A stretch of 64,000 bases of DNA from Scyliorhinus canicula (taxonomy: Eukaryota). Made by a program: the position numbers and the translations under genes. The notes below the pieces were generated by a model. It worked only from the letters and a program-made list of their open reading frames with translations. It was not told where the DNA came from and did no database searches. The stretch is from positions 43,363,159 to 43,427,158 of the forward strand of contig NC_052158.1 of the NCBI RefSeq assembly GCF_902713615.1, in the 5' to 3' direction. Positions 41,029 through 54,293 of the stretch are shown piece by piece. Numbering within the stretch: the stretch's first letter is position 1; every line of letters starts with the position of its first letter.

Positions 41029-44000
41029 CATAAGAACATAAGAACTAGCAGTACACCCTCCAGTGCCAGTATGTCCTTTCTCAAGTAAGGAGACCAAAAC
41101 TGAACACAATACTCCAGGTGTGGCCGCACTAACACCTTATACAATTGCAGCATAACTTCCATCGTCTTAAACTCCATCCCCCTAGCAATGAAGGACAAAT
41201 TTCCTTTCGCCTTCTTAATCACCTGTTGCACCTGTAAACCGACATTTTGCGACTCATGCACTAGCACACCCAGGTCTCTCTGCACGGCAGCATGCTTTAA
41301 TATTTTATCATTTAAATAATAATCCCGTTTGCTGTTATTCCTACCAAAATGGATAACCTCACATTTGTCAACATTGTATTCCATCTGCCAGACCCTAGCC
41401 CATTCACTTAAACTATCCAAATCCCTCTGCAGACTTCCAGTATCCTCTGCACTTTTCGCTCTACCGCTCATTTTAGAGTCGTCTGCAAACTTGGACACAT
41501 TGCCCTTGGCCCCCAACTCCAAATCATCTATGTAAATTGTGAACAATTGTGGGCCCAACACGGATCCCTGAGGGACACCACTAGCTACTGATTGCCAACC
41601 AGAGAAACACCCATTAATCCCCACTCTTTGCTATTAATTAACCAATCCTCTATCCATGCTACTACTTTAACCTTAATGCCATGCATCTTTATCTTATGCA
41701 GCAATCTTTTGTGTGGCACTTTGTCAAAGGCTTTCTGGAAATCCAGATATACCACATCCATTGGCTCCCCATTATCTACCGCTCTGGTAATGTCCTCAAA
41801 AAATTCCACTAAATTAGTTAGGCATGACCTGCCCTTTATGAACCCATGCTGCATCTGTCGAATGGGACGATTTCTATCCAGATGCCTCGCTATTTCTTCC
41901 TTGATGACAGATTCCAGCATCTTCCCTACTACCGAAGTTAAGCTCACTGGCCTATAATTACCCGCTCTCTGCCTACCTCCTTTTTTAAACAGTGGTGTTA
42001 CGTTTGCTAATTTCCAATCCACCGGGACCACCCCAGAGTCTAGTGAATTTTGATAAATTATCACTCGTGCATTTGCAATTTCCCTAGCCATCTCTTTTAG
42101 CACTCTGGGATGCATTCCATCAGGGCCAGGAGACTTGTCTACCTTTAGCCCCATTAGCTTGCCCATCACTACCTCCTTAGTGATAACAATCCTCACCTGT
42201 CATGGCCTCATTTCTATCAGTCACTGGAATGTTATTTGTGTCTTCCACTGTAAAGACTGACCCAAAAAACCTGTTCAGTTCCTCAGCCATTTCCTCATCT
42301 CCCATTATTAAAACTCCCTTCTCATCCTCTAAAGGACCAATATTTACCTTAGCCACTCTTTTTTGTTTTATATATTTATAGAAACTTTTACTATCTGTTT
42401 TTATATTCTGAGCAAGTTTACTATCATAATCTATCTTACTCTTCTTTATAGCTTTTTTAGTAGCTTTCTGTTGCCCCCTAAAGATTTCCCAGTCCTTTAG
42501 TCTCCCACTAATCTTTGCCACTTTGTATGCTTTTTCCTTCAATTTGATACTTTCCCTTATTTCCTTAGATGCCCACGGTTGATTTTCCCTCTTTCTACTG
42601 TCCTTCCTTTTTATTGGTATAAACCTTTGCTGAGCACTGTGAAAAATCGCTTGGAAGGTTCTCCGCTGTTCCTCAACTGTTCCACCATAAAGTCTTTGCT
42701 CCCAGTCTACCTTAGCTAGTTCTTCTCTCATCCCATTTTCATCTCCTTTGTTTAAGCACAAAACAGTATTTGATTTTACCTTCTCACCCTCCATCTGTAT
42801 TTTAAATTCCATCATATTGTGATCGCTCCTTCCGAGAGGATCCCTAACTATGAGATCATGAATCAATCCTGTCTCATTGCACAGGACAAGATCTAGAACC
42901 ACTTGTTCCCTCGTAGGTTCCATTACATACTGTTCTAGGAAGCTATCGCGGATACATTCTATAAACTCCTCCTCAAGGCTGCCTTGACCTACCTGGTTAA
43001 ACCAATCGACATGTAGATTAAAATTCCCCATGATAACTGCTGTACCATTTCTACATGCATCAGTTATTTCTTTGTTTATTGCCTGTCCCACCATAATGTT
43101 ACTATTTGGTAACCTATAGACTACTCCTATCAGTGACTTTTTCGCCTTACTATTCCTGATTTCCACCCAAAGGGATTCAGTCTTATCCTCCATAGCACCG
43201 ATGTCATCCCTTACTATTGCCCGGATGTCATCCTTAAATAACAGAGCTACACCATCTCCCTTAACATCCACTCTGTATTTCCGAATAGTTTGATACCCTC
43301 GGATATTTAACTCCCAGTCGTGACCATCCTTCAACCATGTTTCTGTAATGGCCACTAAATCATAGTCATTCACGATCAACTCATTTACTTTATTCCGAAT
43401 ACTACGAGCATTCAGTTGAAGTACACTTATGTTGGCTTTTGTACCTCTGTTTTGAATCTTAACATCTCGATCAGTAACCTCTCCTAAGTTATATTTCCTC
43501 AACTTTTCTCCTAATTTTCCTTGTTGTTGAACCCATATCTTCATGTAACAACCTGCCGCGTCGCTTACCATTAATATTTTTACTTCCAGTTTTATTCCTT
43601 TTAGTATTACTGAGCCTATTCACTGAGCTCCCCTCAGTCACTGTATCTTGTACTGCCGCCCTTTTTGACTATGGTTTCTCTGCCTTACACTTTCCCCCTT
43701 ACTTCCTTTTGCTTCTGTCCCTGTTTAACTACCTTCCAACTTCCTGCATCGGTTCCCATCCCCCTGCCACATTATTTTAAACCCTCCTCAACAGCTCTAG
43801 CAAACACCCCCTCTAGGAAATCGGTTCCAGTCCTGCCCAGGTGCAGACCGTCCGGTTTGTACTGGTCCCACCTCCCCCAGAACCGGTTCCAATGCCCCAG
43901 GAATTTGAATCCCTCCCGCTTGCGCCATCTCCCGAGCCATGCATTCATCCTATCTATCCTGCCATTCCTACTCTGACTAGCTCGTGGCACTGGTAGCAAT

Positions 44001-44104
44001 CCTGAGATTGCTACCTTTGAAGTCCTACTTATTAGTTTAACTCCTAACTCCCTGAATTCAGCTTGTAGGATCTCATCCCGTATTTAACCTATATCATTGG
44101 TGCA
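41029..44104 (-). mobile_element. CR1 LINE (ORF1 esterase C-terminus plus frameshifted ORF2, about 475-bp internal deletion near the 3' end), nested in the L1 3' UTR
   Basis: ORF1 ...NAWLGRW..REGFKFLGHW..FWGRWD.YKPDGLHL (SGNH-type); APE ITETW, GVVYR, SDH; RT motifs; (TTCTTATG)n tail. Confidence 0.92.
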
Positions 44105-47100
44105 TATTTGCACCAGGGTCTATGATATCCCCCCTTCCTTCTTCCTCCTCCCCTGTCCCCCCCCCCCCCCCCCCACCCTCCATTAGTTTCAGCACCCTTC
44201 CTCTTCTCTTGTGGTTTCCCTATTTTCCTCCCTGCCCGGGTTGCGCAGTCCTTTGGTTCCTCATCTTTTTTTTCCCTCGGCTTACTCCTCATTGCTGGCC
44301 TCGAACTGGTTTTGGAACAGGCCAACGAAACTGCCCCCAAGTATCCAGGAAGCCTTCCTCTGACTCTCGGATGGCGTACTTAATCTTCTCCAGGTGGAGA
44401 AATTCCGAGAGGTCAGCGATCCAGTCTGCAGCTTTGGGCGGTGCTGCCGATCGCCAGCCGAGCAGATTCTCTGGCATGCGATTAGGGAAGTGAAAGCAAG
44501 GGCGTTGGCCCTCTTCCCCATGTGTAACTCTGGCTTCTCTGATACCCTGAAGATTGCCACTATTGGGCATGTCTTCACCCTCACCTCCACAACCTTGGAC
44601 ATTGCCTTGGAGAAGGCTGTCCAGAACCCAGCATGCTTGGGACAAACCTAGAACATGTGGGTGTGGTTAGCTAGGCCCTTCTGGCACCGCTCACATTTGT
44701 CCTCCACCTCCGGGAAGAACCTGCTCATTCAGGTTCTGGTCAGGTGCGCTCTGTGCACCACTTCGGGCTTAGCCTTGCGCAGGTGGAGGTGGAGGTCACT
44801 CTGCTCAGCACTTCGCTCCAGAGTCCTCATCCTACCTCTGTCCCCAGTTCGTCCTCCCATTTTTGTCTGGTCTCGGCCAGTGGTGTTCGAGCTCTCTCCA
44901 GGAGCTGTCCGTATATTTTCCCACATAGCCCCCCCCCCCCCCCTTCTCGCTGCTTGTGCCTATCAGGTCCTCTAGTAGTGTGTTTTCTGGGGCCCCGGGG
45001 AACCCTACTGTCTCTTTGCAGAGGAAGTGCTTTATTTGGAGGTGTCTCAATTCCTGTCCTTTTGCTAGTTTCCACTTCCTCGTCAGTTCATCCAGTATCG
45101 CCAGTCTGCACCCGACGTAGGAGTCCCCAACCGTCAGTGTGCCCCCATCCCGCCTCCATCATTTGAAGTGGCATCTCGCATGGCTGGGGGGAATCTGTGA
45201 TTGCCGCAGATGGGGGGCCATGGGGGACATTTTGGTTATCCCAAAGTGTTGTCTCAACTGGGTCCACATTCTCAGTGTGGCCGCTATCATTGGGCTCGTT
45301 GTGTATCTTGTTGAGGAGGTTGGGAATGATGCTGTGGCCAGGGCCCAGAGGGTTGTTCCTTTACAGGATGCCTTCTCCATTTGTACCCAATCTATGTCGG
45401 GTTCTTGTACCCATCCACTGACTCTTTCTGCCGTTGCTGCCCAGTAGTAGTATTGTAGGTTCAGTAGAGCCAGACCCCCTCTGACTTTCCCTCTTTGCAG
45501 TGTCGGTTTGGGAATTCTCGGGTTCTTACCCCCCACGCAAACGCCATGATTAGACTGTCTATGTTTTGGAAAAAGACCTTGGGGATGAAGATCGGTATGG
45601 ATCTAAATAGGAAGAGGAACCTTGGCAGTACGTTCATCTTGATCGTCTGCACTCTTCCCGCCAGGGAGAGTGGGAGTGAGCCCTACCATTGAAGGTCTCT
45701 TCTTACTTCCTCCACCAGGCTGGACAGATTCCATTTGTGGATCTGTCGCCAGTCTCAAGCTTTTTGGATTCCAGGTAACGGAATCTATTCTGGGCTGTTT
45801 TAAACGTGAGCCCCTTCAGCTCTGTCCCTCCCCCTTTTGGGTTCACTGGGAATGCCTCGCTTTTGTCCAGGTTAAGTTTGTAGCCCGAGAAGGTTCCAAA
45901 CTGTAAATGTGTACGCTCCCAACTGGGACGACTCAGAATTCATAAAGAAGACCATGGCGGAAATCCCTGATCTTGACACACACCGACTGATTATGGGGGG
46001 CAGTATTGCCTTCAGTCCCTCCTGTGGCTTCGAGACATAGAGGAGCAGGTCATCTGCATAGAGTGAGACTCTGCTGTGCTCTCTGTCTCCTCTCCGGATT
46101 CCCTTCCAGCTTTTCGCATCCTGCAGGGCTATCGCCAGGGGTTCGATCACAAGCTATAACAAGAGTGGGGACAGGGGGCAGCCCTGTCTCGTTCCTCTCT
46201 GCAGCTGGAAGTATTCAGAGCTGGTGGTGTAAGCTCGGATGCTCGCTTTGGGAGCGTTGTACAGGAGCCTCACCCAGGCGGTGAATCCCGCTCCTAGCCC
46301 AAACCTTTCCAGTACCTCGAGGAGGTAGTTCCATTCGACTCTGTTGAAGGCCTTTTCTGCATCCACCCCCTCCCCGGGGGGTGTCATTATCACATTCAGC
46401 AGCCGCCCAATGTTTGCTGTGAGCTGCCTACCCTTGACAAAGCCCGTTTGGTCCTCTGCAGCCACCTCTGGCACGCAGCCCTCCAGCCTTTTGGCCAGGA
46501 CCTTTGCGAGTATTTTCACATCCACGTTCAGCAGTGAAATGGGTCTGTATGATCCGCATTCCGTCAGGTCTTTATCTTTTTTGCATATCAGTGAAATTGT
46601 GGCCTACGCTAGCGTGGGGGGCAGAGTTCTCCCTGCCAGTGAGTCCGCGAACATGTCCCTTAAGTGTGGGGCCAGGACTGGTGCAAATGTTTTGTAGAAG
46701 TCCGCCAGGAACCCGTCGGGTCCCGGTGCCTTCCCCGCCTGCATGGAGCTGATGTTCTCCATGATTTCTCCTAGGTCTATTCGTGCTTCCAGCTCCCCCT
46801 GTCTGTCTTCCCCCACAACTGGTAGTTCCAGTCTGTTGAGGAACTGTTCCATTCCCACATCCCCGTCGGGGGCCTCGGAGGTGTACAGTCTCCAGTAGAA
46901 GGTCTCAAATGCCTGGTTGACCTCCTTTGGTTACCAGCCTGCCTCTGCTATCCTTTACCTGTGCTATTTCCCTCGTGGCTGCCTGCTTTCTCAGCTGGTG
47001 AGCCAATAGGCGGCCAGTTTTGTCTCCGTGTACGTAGAAGGTCCCCCATGTCTGGCAGAGTAGGTACACTGCTTTCCTACTATTTGCAGCTTTTTCCTCT

Positions 47101-47747
47101 CCGCCAGCAGCTCTACGGTTGGGGCCTCGGAGTATTTTCTATCGACTTCCAGAATGGAGTCAACCAGCTGTTGCCTGGTCACCCTCTCTTCCCTATCTCT
47201 ACTTGCCTTGTAGGCTATGATCTCTCCTCTAATCATGGCCTTCAGTGCCTCCCAAAACATGGAGGGTGAGACCTCCCCATTTTGGTTGTTACTAATGTAA
47301 TCACCTATGGCCCGCGATATTTTTTGGCAGAAGGCCTTGCCAGCCAGGAGGTCCGTGTCCAACCTCCATGTGGGGCGCTGGGTCCGGCCTGTCTCCAACC
47401 TCACATCCGTATAGTGTGGAGCGTTGTTTGAGATAATGATCGCGGACTAGTCCGTTCCCGTGATCCCTGGAAGCACCAATTTCCCCACTGCAAAGAAGTC
47501 GCTACGGGTGTATACCTTCTGCACCTGTGAAAAGAACGAAAACTCCTTTTCTCCCGGGTGCAGAAACCTCCATGGATCCACCACCCCCATCTTTCCCATG
47601 AAGGCCCCTAGCTCCCTAGCCATAACAGTCTTTTTCCCCATTCTGGGGTATGATCAGTCGGGCAGTGGGTCCAGCACGCAGTTAAAGTCGCACCCCATAT
47701 TCAGTCGGTGTGTGTCAAGGTCGGGGATTTCCACCATGGTCTTCTTT

Positions 47748-47975
47748 TTTTTAAAATTTAGATTAGCCAATTATTTTTTTCCAATTAAGGGGCAATTTAG
47801 CGTGGCCAATCCACCTACTCTGTGCATTTTTTTTTGTGGTTGTGGGGACGAAACCCACGCAAACACAGGGAGAATGTGCAAACTCCACACGGACAGTGAC
47901 CCAGAGCCGGGATCGAACCTGGGACCTCAGCGCCGTGAGGCGGTTGTGCTAACCACTAGGCCACCGTGCTGCCCT
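47748..47975 (-). mobile_element. A-tailed V-SINE with perfect 16-bp TSD, inside the L1 APE region
   Basis: caccatggtcttcttt at 47732-47747 and 47976-47991. Confidence 0.92.
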
Positions 47976-49449
47976 CACCATGGTCTTCTTTATAAATTTT
48001 GAGTAGTCCCAGTTGGGAGCGTACACATCTACCAATAAAACCGGTGCCCTCTCCAGGACACTGCTGACCATGACGTTCCTTCCCCATGGGTCCGTAACTG
48101 TCTTTGTTTCCGTAAATCTTGTCCTTTTGCTCATTAATATTGGTACCCCCCTCGCCGTCGTCCCGTTGCATAAATGGTGCGTCTGGTCTTGTTGGGATAA
48201 TGGTGTTGAAGGCTGAGCTGTAGTCTATGAACAGCAGTCTGATGTAGGTGTCCTTGTTGTCAAGGTGTTTGAGAGTTGATTATAGGGCCAGAGAGATAGC
48301 ATCTGCTGTGGATCGGTTGCCTCAGTAGGCTAACTGTATGGATCAAGACCATCTGAGAGGCTGGCATTGGTCTGTCTCAGGACTAGTCACTCAAACCATT
48401 TCATGATAACAGACGTCAGGCCATTGGTTGGTAGTCACTAAGGCAGACTACCTTGTTCTTCTTTGGTACTGTTATTATGGTGGTCTTCTTGAAGCAGGTA
48501 GGAGCAGAGAAGTGAGGTGTTGAATATATCTGCGAATACACTTGCCAGCTGGTCAGCGCAGGCACTGAGTGCTCGCCCAGGGACTCCGTCGGGGCCCATC
48601 GCTTTCGCAGGTTTATTTTTAAGAAGGTAGCTCTTACCTCCGAGGCTGTAATAGTGGGTATGTGTGTGTCCAAGGCTGTTGGGGCGGGTGGCACTGATGT
48701 ATTGGCTGGCTGTTCAAAGAGGGCATAGAACTTGTTCAGATCATCGGGGAGGGATGCTCCAGTCCCAGAGATTCCAGCTGTCCTTGCTTTGTAGCCTGTG
48801 ATCTCATGTAAGCCCTGCCACAGACGTTGTGAGTTTGTGTCGTTGGCCTGGGACTCCAGTTTGATGCGGTATTGTCTTTTGGCATCCCTGATGCCTTTCC
48901 GAACGTCATATCTGGATTTCTTATATAGGTCAGGGTTGGCAGACTTGAATGCCTCCATCCGGGACTTTAGCAGGGAATGGACCTTTTGTTTAAGCCAGTG
49001 TTTCCGATTGGGGAACACCCGTATTGTCTTCTTTGGTACACAGGCCTCGACACACTTACTGATGAAGTCTGTGATGGTGGTTGCATACTCGTCCAGGTTA
49101 GCTGCCGCAGTCTTGAATATGGACCAGTCCACAGACTCCAAGCAGTCGCGGAGGATGTCCTCTGATGCCTCGGACCAGCACTGTACGGTTTTCTTGACTG
49201 GTTCAGCATGCTTGAGTTGCTGTTTGTAAGCTAGAAGTACGAATACCGGCTTGTGGTCGGATTTGCCAAAGTGCGGTCGGGGAATGGAGCGGTAGGCACC
49301 CTTGATGCTCGTGTAGCAGTGGTCCAGGGTGTTTGCACCTCTGGTGGGGCAGGAAATATGTTGATGGAGTTTGGGTCGGACCTTCCTGAGGTTGGCCTGG
49401 TTGAAGTCTCCAGCCATGATTGTCAGGGCTTCAGGGTGATTTGTTTCTT

Positions 49450-51470
49450 GGTTGTGCTGGTGGAATGGAGTTCGTCAAGTCCAAATAGCCCAAGCGAAGG
49501 AAGGTGCAGACCGGGAGTCAGGGAACTACAAGACATGGTGGTGAACGCCTTAGATCATGGACAGGGCGTGCAGACCCCTCCCTTTGTCAGATCAGCGGCA
49601 GGCTTTTGAAATGCAGCTGTGTACATCCCCATGTCTACTGGGGCCACCGCCTGCCCTTGTCACAAGAGTTGAATCTCGGTGCTCGACCTGTGATTGCCCA
49701 TGACGAGGGACCCGTCGTCAGACTGGGGCGAATCGCCCCCCAACGAGCAGGCCGTGGCCAGCATTTGCCGGGCCCTGGGCCAACCATTTAGGAGATCAGG
49801 ACGAGGAGGAATAGCTCCATATGCACTGTGTCTCGGCACCTCAAATAGCCCCCATGACTGTTTCCATCTGGGTAAATGGGCATCTGTTGCAAATGGAACT
49901 TAACACCTGAACGGCGGTAAGCTTTAAAACTTTTGAAGATATTAGAAGGGGAAACCGGGTGCAGGACCTATCTAAGATGTGGCACGTCTCACCACCTATA
50001 CTGGAGAACGACTAGAAGGCCCCCCTTTAATAGTGGTTAATGGGGACAAACCTAGTTTGATAGACCATGATCCCCCCACGACCCCCGAGGACCGCCCCCG
50101 CATACTCACCTGCCAGATCCCGCCGGTGTCAGAGGTGAGTGATACACACCGGCAGAACTGGCCAAAACTGGATGGCCGCTCGACACATTGGGGACCGGAG
50201 AATCGCCAAGAATCGCTGTCAACGGCCCCCAACCGGCGTGGCGGGAATCCCACCTCCGGCACCAGAGAATGTAACATCCGGCGTCGGGGGGTCTGGGACG
50301 GATTTGCACCTCCCCCGGGATTCACTGACCCAGCAGGGGGTGTCGGGGAATCCCGGCCAATATACTCCTTTCATTGTTCCTGCCGAAATAGACAATTTCA
50401 AATTTTCCCACATTATTCTCCATTTGCCATACCTTCGCTCACTCATTTAACCTATCTATGTCCCTCTGTAGCCTCTTCACACTCCTTTCACAATTTACTT
50501 TCTTAGCTATCTTTGTGTCACCAAGTCATTCATATGAATTGTAAAAAGTTGAGGCCCCAGCACTGCTCTCTGTGGCACATCATGCATCACATTCTGCCAA
50601 CCAAAGAAAGGTCCATTTATGCCAACTCTCTGTTTTCTATTAGCTGGCCAATCTCCTATTGTCTTTAGTAACAGCTGCTAATCCTTTCCCTGTGACAGAT
50701 GTTAAGCTAACTGGCCTGTAATTTCCTGCTTTCTGTCTCCATCTCTTTTTGAATAGAGCAGTTCCAATTGATATATTCTGTTCCAAACCCCACGAAATCC
50801 ATAGGGACAACCCAATGAATCTCCCCCTTAGCCTCATGGTCCATCAGTGGGCTCATTAATTCTATATAATAAAATGAAGCCCAGTATAGGAGCCGATATT
50901 TCAGAATGGCCGCAACTGGGACTTGGGCTGTAGCTTGTATATACTTTTTCTAAACCAAGAGTTGGAAATAAACCATTTTGACTCTCCTCTCCGGCCACCT
51001 CCTTGATTGCTATGTTGGCGATTAGAATAAAGCGGAACTACAATCAGGGCTGCTACCCATTTGGAGTTCCACCACCCCTCTATGCAAAGGAATAAGGTTT
51101 GCACCATTTTGAAAATGTCACTCTTCAACAAATTCGATGCAGGTGTGGAAGACTGGGCTCCGTATGCAGAGGGTATGCGCTTTTTTTTAAGGTGAACGCT
51201 ATAATTTGGGATGATCACCAGGCGATGATTCTTCTGGTGGCCTGTGGGGTCCCCACCTTCATCATCATAAACCCTGGAAACCCACCCTGGCTCCAACACC
51301 ATCGGGACCAGGCCTGTTGGCTGAGGCCCACCGTAACCAGGCAGGACACCTCCCCAAAATTGATGGAGAATGAACCACAGCGGTGTGTCACTTGTGGCTA
51401 ACGCAACCGGCCAACGCAACCACAGAGATAGGAAACCACCAGTCAGCCAGCCTACCTGAAGGAGATGCCA
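49450..51470. mobile_element. Mixed degraded relics: Gypsy protease remnant (~49450-50070, +), Harbinger end (~50075-50358), CR1 (~50400-50830, -), LTR/PBS/gag remnant (~50900-51470, +)
   Basis: LQMELNT, ARLTTYTGE, PLIVVNGDKPSL; TIR ggggaatcccggcc followed by AAT; AGNYRPVSLTSV; gag FDAGVEDW.PY. Confidence 0.5.
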
Positions 51471-51524
51471 GCCCAGTGCCAGGACCGTCCACCTAGAATA
51501 GTCTGATGAAGATGAGTAAATGCA

Positions 51525-51830
51525 ATTATAATAATATAATAATCTTTATTGTCACAAGTAGGCATACATTATTGCTGCAATGAAGTTACTGTGAAAATCC
51601 CCAAGTCGCCACATTCCGTGCCTGTTCGGGTACACTGAGGGAGAATTTAGAATATCCAAATTACCGAACAGCATGTATTTCGGGACTTGTAGCAGGAAAC
51701 CGCAACACCTATAAGAAACCCACACAGACACAGGGAGAACATGCAGACTCCGCACAGACAGTGACCCAAGCCGGGAATTGAACTTGGGTCCCAGGAGCTG
51801 CAAAGCAGCAGTGCTACCCATGCATTGCCG
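51525..51830 (-). mobile_element. V-SINE, (ATT)n-tailed subfamily
   Basis: tRNA head, V-domain and tail gtgacaataaagattatt. Confidence 0.8.
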
Positions 51831-52022
51831 CAACATGGATTGCCTCTATCAGAATTACTGTCCAGGCGAATGGTTACCCATTCAATATGGAGCCGGCTGG
51901 CACGGCCAAGGTGCCAAGCTGGCATTTTTCCATGCTGCGGATCAGGCCCAGGGGTGCCCTGCGCAGGTGCGGGGGATGCGGGACGGGTCCTGGTGACCCT
52001 CTTGTAAGTGGGTTGGGGTTTT

Positions 52023-53793
52023 GAACATAAGAACATAAGAACTAGGAGCAGGAGTAGGCCATATGGCCCCTCGAGCCTGCTCCGCCATTCAATGAGATCA
52101 TGGCTGATCTTTTGTGGACTCAGCTCCACTTTCCAGCCCGAACACCATAACCCTTAATCCCTTTATTCTTCAAAAAATTATCTATCTTTACCTTAAAAAC
52201 ATGTAATGAAGGAGCCTCAACTGCTTCACTGGGTAAGGAATTCCATAGATTCACAACCCTTTGGGTGAAGAAGTGCCTCCTAAACTCAGTCCTAAATCTA
52301 CTTCCCCTTATTTTGAGGCTATGTCCCCTAGTTCTGCTTTCACCCGCCAGTGGAAACAACCTGCCCGCATCTATCCTATCTATTCCCTTCATAATTTTAA
52401 ATGTTTCTATAAGATCCCCCCTCATCCTTCTAAATTCCAATGAGTACAGTCCCAGTCTACTCAACCTCTCCTCATAATCCAACCCCTTCAGCTCTGGGAT
52501 TAACCTAGTGAATCTCCTCTGCACACCCTCCAGTGCCAGTACGTCCTTTCTCAAGTAAGGAGACCAAAACTGAACACAATACTCCAGGTGTGGCCTCACT
52601 AACACCTTATACAATTGCAACATAACCTCCCTAGTCTTAAACTCCATCCCTCTAGCAATGAATGACAACATTCCATTTGCCTTCTTAATCACCTGTTGCA
52701 CCTGTAAACCAACCTTCTGTGACTCATGCACTAGCACACCCAGGTCTCTCTGCACAGCGGCATGCTTTAATATTTTATCGTTTAAATAATAATCCCATTT
52801 GCTGTTATTCCTACCAAAATGGATAACCTCACATTTGTCAACATTGTATTCCATCTGCCAGACCCTAGCCCATTCACTTAAACTATCCAAATCCCTCTGC
52901 AGACTTCCAGTATCCTCTGCACTTTTCGCTTTACCACTCATCTTAGTGTCATCTGCAAACTTGGACACATTGCCCTTGGTCCCCAACTCCAAATCATCTA
53001 TGTAAATTGTGAACAATTGTGGGCCCAACACGGATCCCTGAGGGACACCACTAGCTACTGATTGCCAACCAGAGAAACACCCATTAATCCCCACTCTTTG
53101 CTATTAATTAACCAATCCTCTATCCATGCTACTACTTTACCCTTAATGCCATGCATCTTTATCTTATGCAGCAATCTTTTGTGTGGCACCCTGTCAAAGG
53201 CTTTCTGGAAATCCAGATATACCACATCCATCGGCTCCCCGTTATCTACTGCACTGGTAATGTCCTCAAAAAATTCCACTAAATTAGTTAGGCATGACCT
53301 GCCCTTTATGAACCCATGCTGCGTCTGCCCAATGGGACAATTTCTATCCAGATGCCTCGCTATTTCTTCCTTGATGATAGATTCCAGCATCTTCCCTACT
53401 ACCGAAGTTAAGCTCACTGGCCTATAATTTCCTGCTTTCTGCCTACCTCCTTTTTTAAACAGTGGTGTCACGTTTGCTAATTTCCAATCCACCGGGACCA
53501 CCCCAGAGTCTAGTGAATTTCGGTAAATTATCACTAGTGCATCTGTAATTTCCCTAGCCATCTCTTTTAGTACTCTGGATGCATTCCATCAGGGCCAGGA
53601 GACTTGTCTACCTTTAGCCCCATTAGCTTTCCCATCACTACCTCCTTAGTGATAACAATCCTCTCAAGGTCCTCACCTGTCATAGTCTCATTTCTATCAG
53701 TCACTGGCATGTTATTTGTGTCTTCAACTGTGAAGACCAACCCAAAAAACCTGTTCAGTTCCTCAGCCATTTCCTCATTTCCCATTATTAAAA
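52023..53793 (-). mobile_element. 5'-truncated CR1 LINE of the same subfamily as 41029-44104
   Basis: Near-identical RT region; ORFs 52120-53094, 53055-53561 and 53567-53785; tail (TTCTTATG)n. Confidence 0.93.
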
Positions 53794-53953
53794 CTTTTGA
53801 GGAGGTTTGGGGTTCTCATGGGGGGGTCGGAAGATCAGGACGCATTTAAAAATGACTTAAAAATGCAGAGCTCCTCAGTGCAGGAAATGGGACTAAGTGC
53901 GGCCTCTTCGGGACGTTCCCTGCTGAGGCCCCGCAACTTCTGAGAGTTAAATA

Positions 53954-54293
53954 TAGAACATAGAACAGTACAGCACAGAACAGGCCCTTCGGCCCTCGAT
54001 GTTGTGCCGAGCAATGATCACCCTACTCAAACCCACGTATCCACCCTATACCCATAACCCAACAGCCCCCCCTTAACCTTACTATTAGGACACTACGGGC
54101 AATTTAGCATGGCCAATCCACCTAACCCGCACATCTTTGGACTGTGGGAGGAAACCGGAGCACCCGGAGGAAACCCACGCACACACGGGGAGGACGTGCA
54201 GACTCCGCACAGACAGTGACCCAGGCGGGAATCGAACCTGGGACCCTGGAGCTGTGAAGCATTTATGCTAACCACCATGCTACCGTGCTGCCC
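53954..54293 (-). mobile_element. V-SINE with CR1-type tail, near-identical to 5384-5743
   Basis: Direct sequence comparison. Confidence 0.9.

Larger units (their letters stand above)
40868..48185 (-). mobile_element. L1-clade LINE (APE-truncated ORF2, frameshifted) with poly(A) and 13-bp TSD; hosts a CR1 and a SINE
   Basis: VYAPNW, GDFNC, IIISNNAP (SDH-equivalent), KAPGPDGF, GTRQGCPLSP, YADD. AATAAA plus A-tail at ~40868-40890. TSD at 40854-40866 and 48186-48198. Confidence 0.88.
39840..49440 (-). mobile_element. Rex1/Babar LINE in two parts (39840-40866 and 48186-49440), split by an L1 insertion
   Basis: AGDFNQANL..., [34 protein letters not shown] | IPTRLITKL..LG...[27 protein letters not shown]; TSD gtcttgttgggat. 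Confidence 0.85.
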
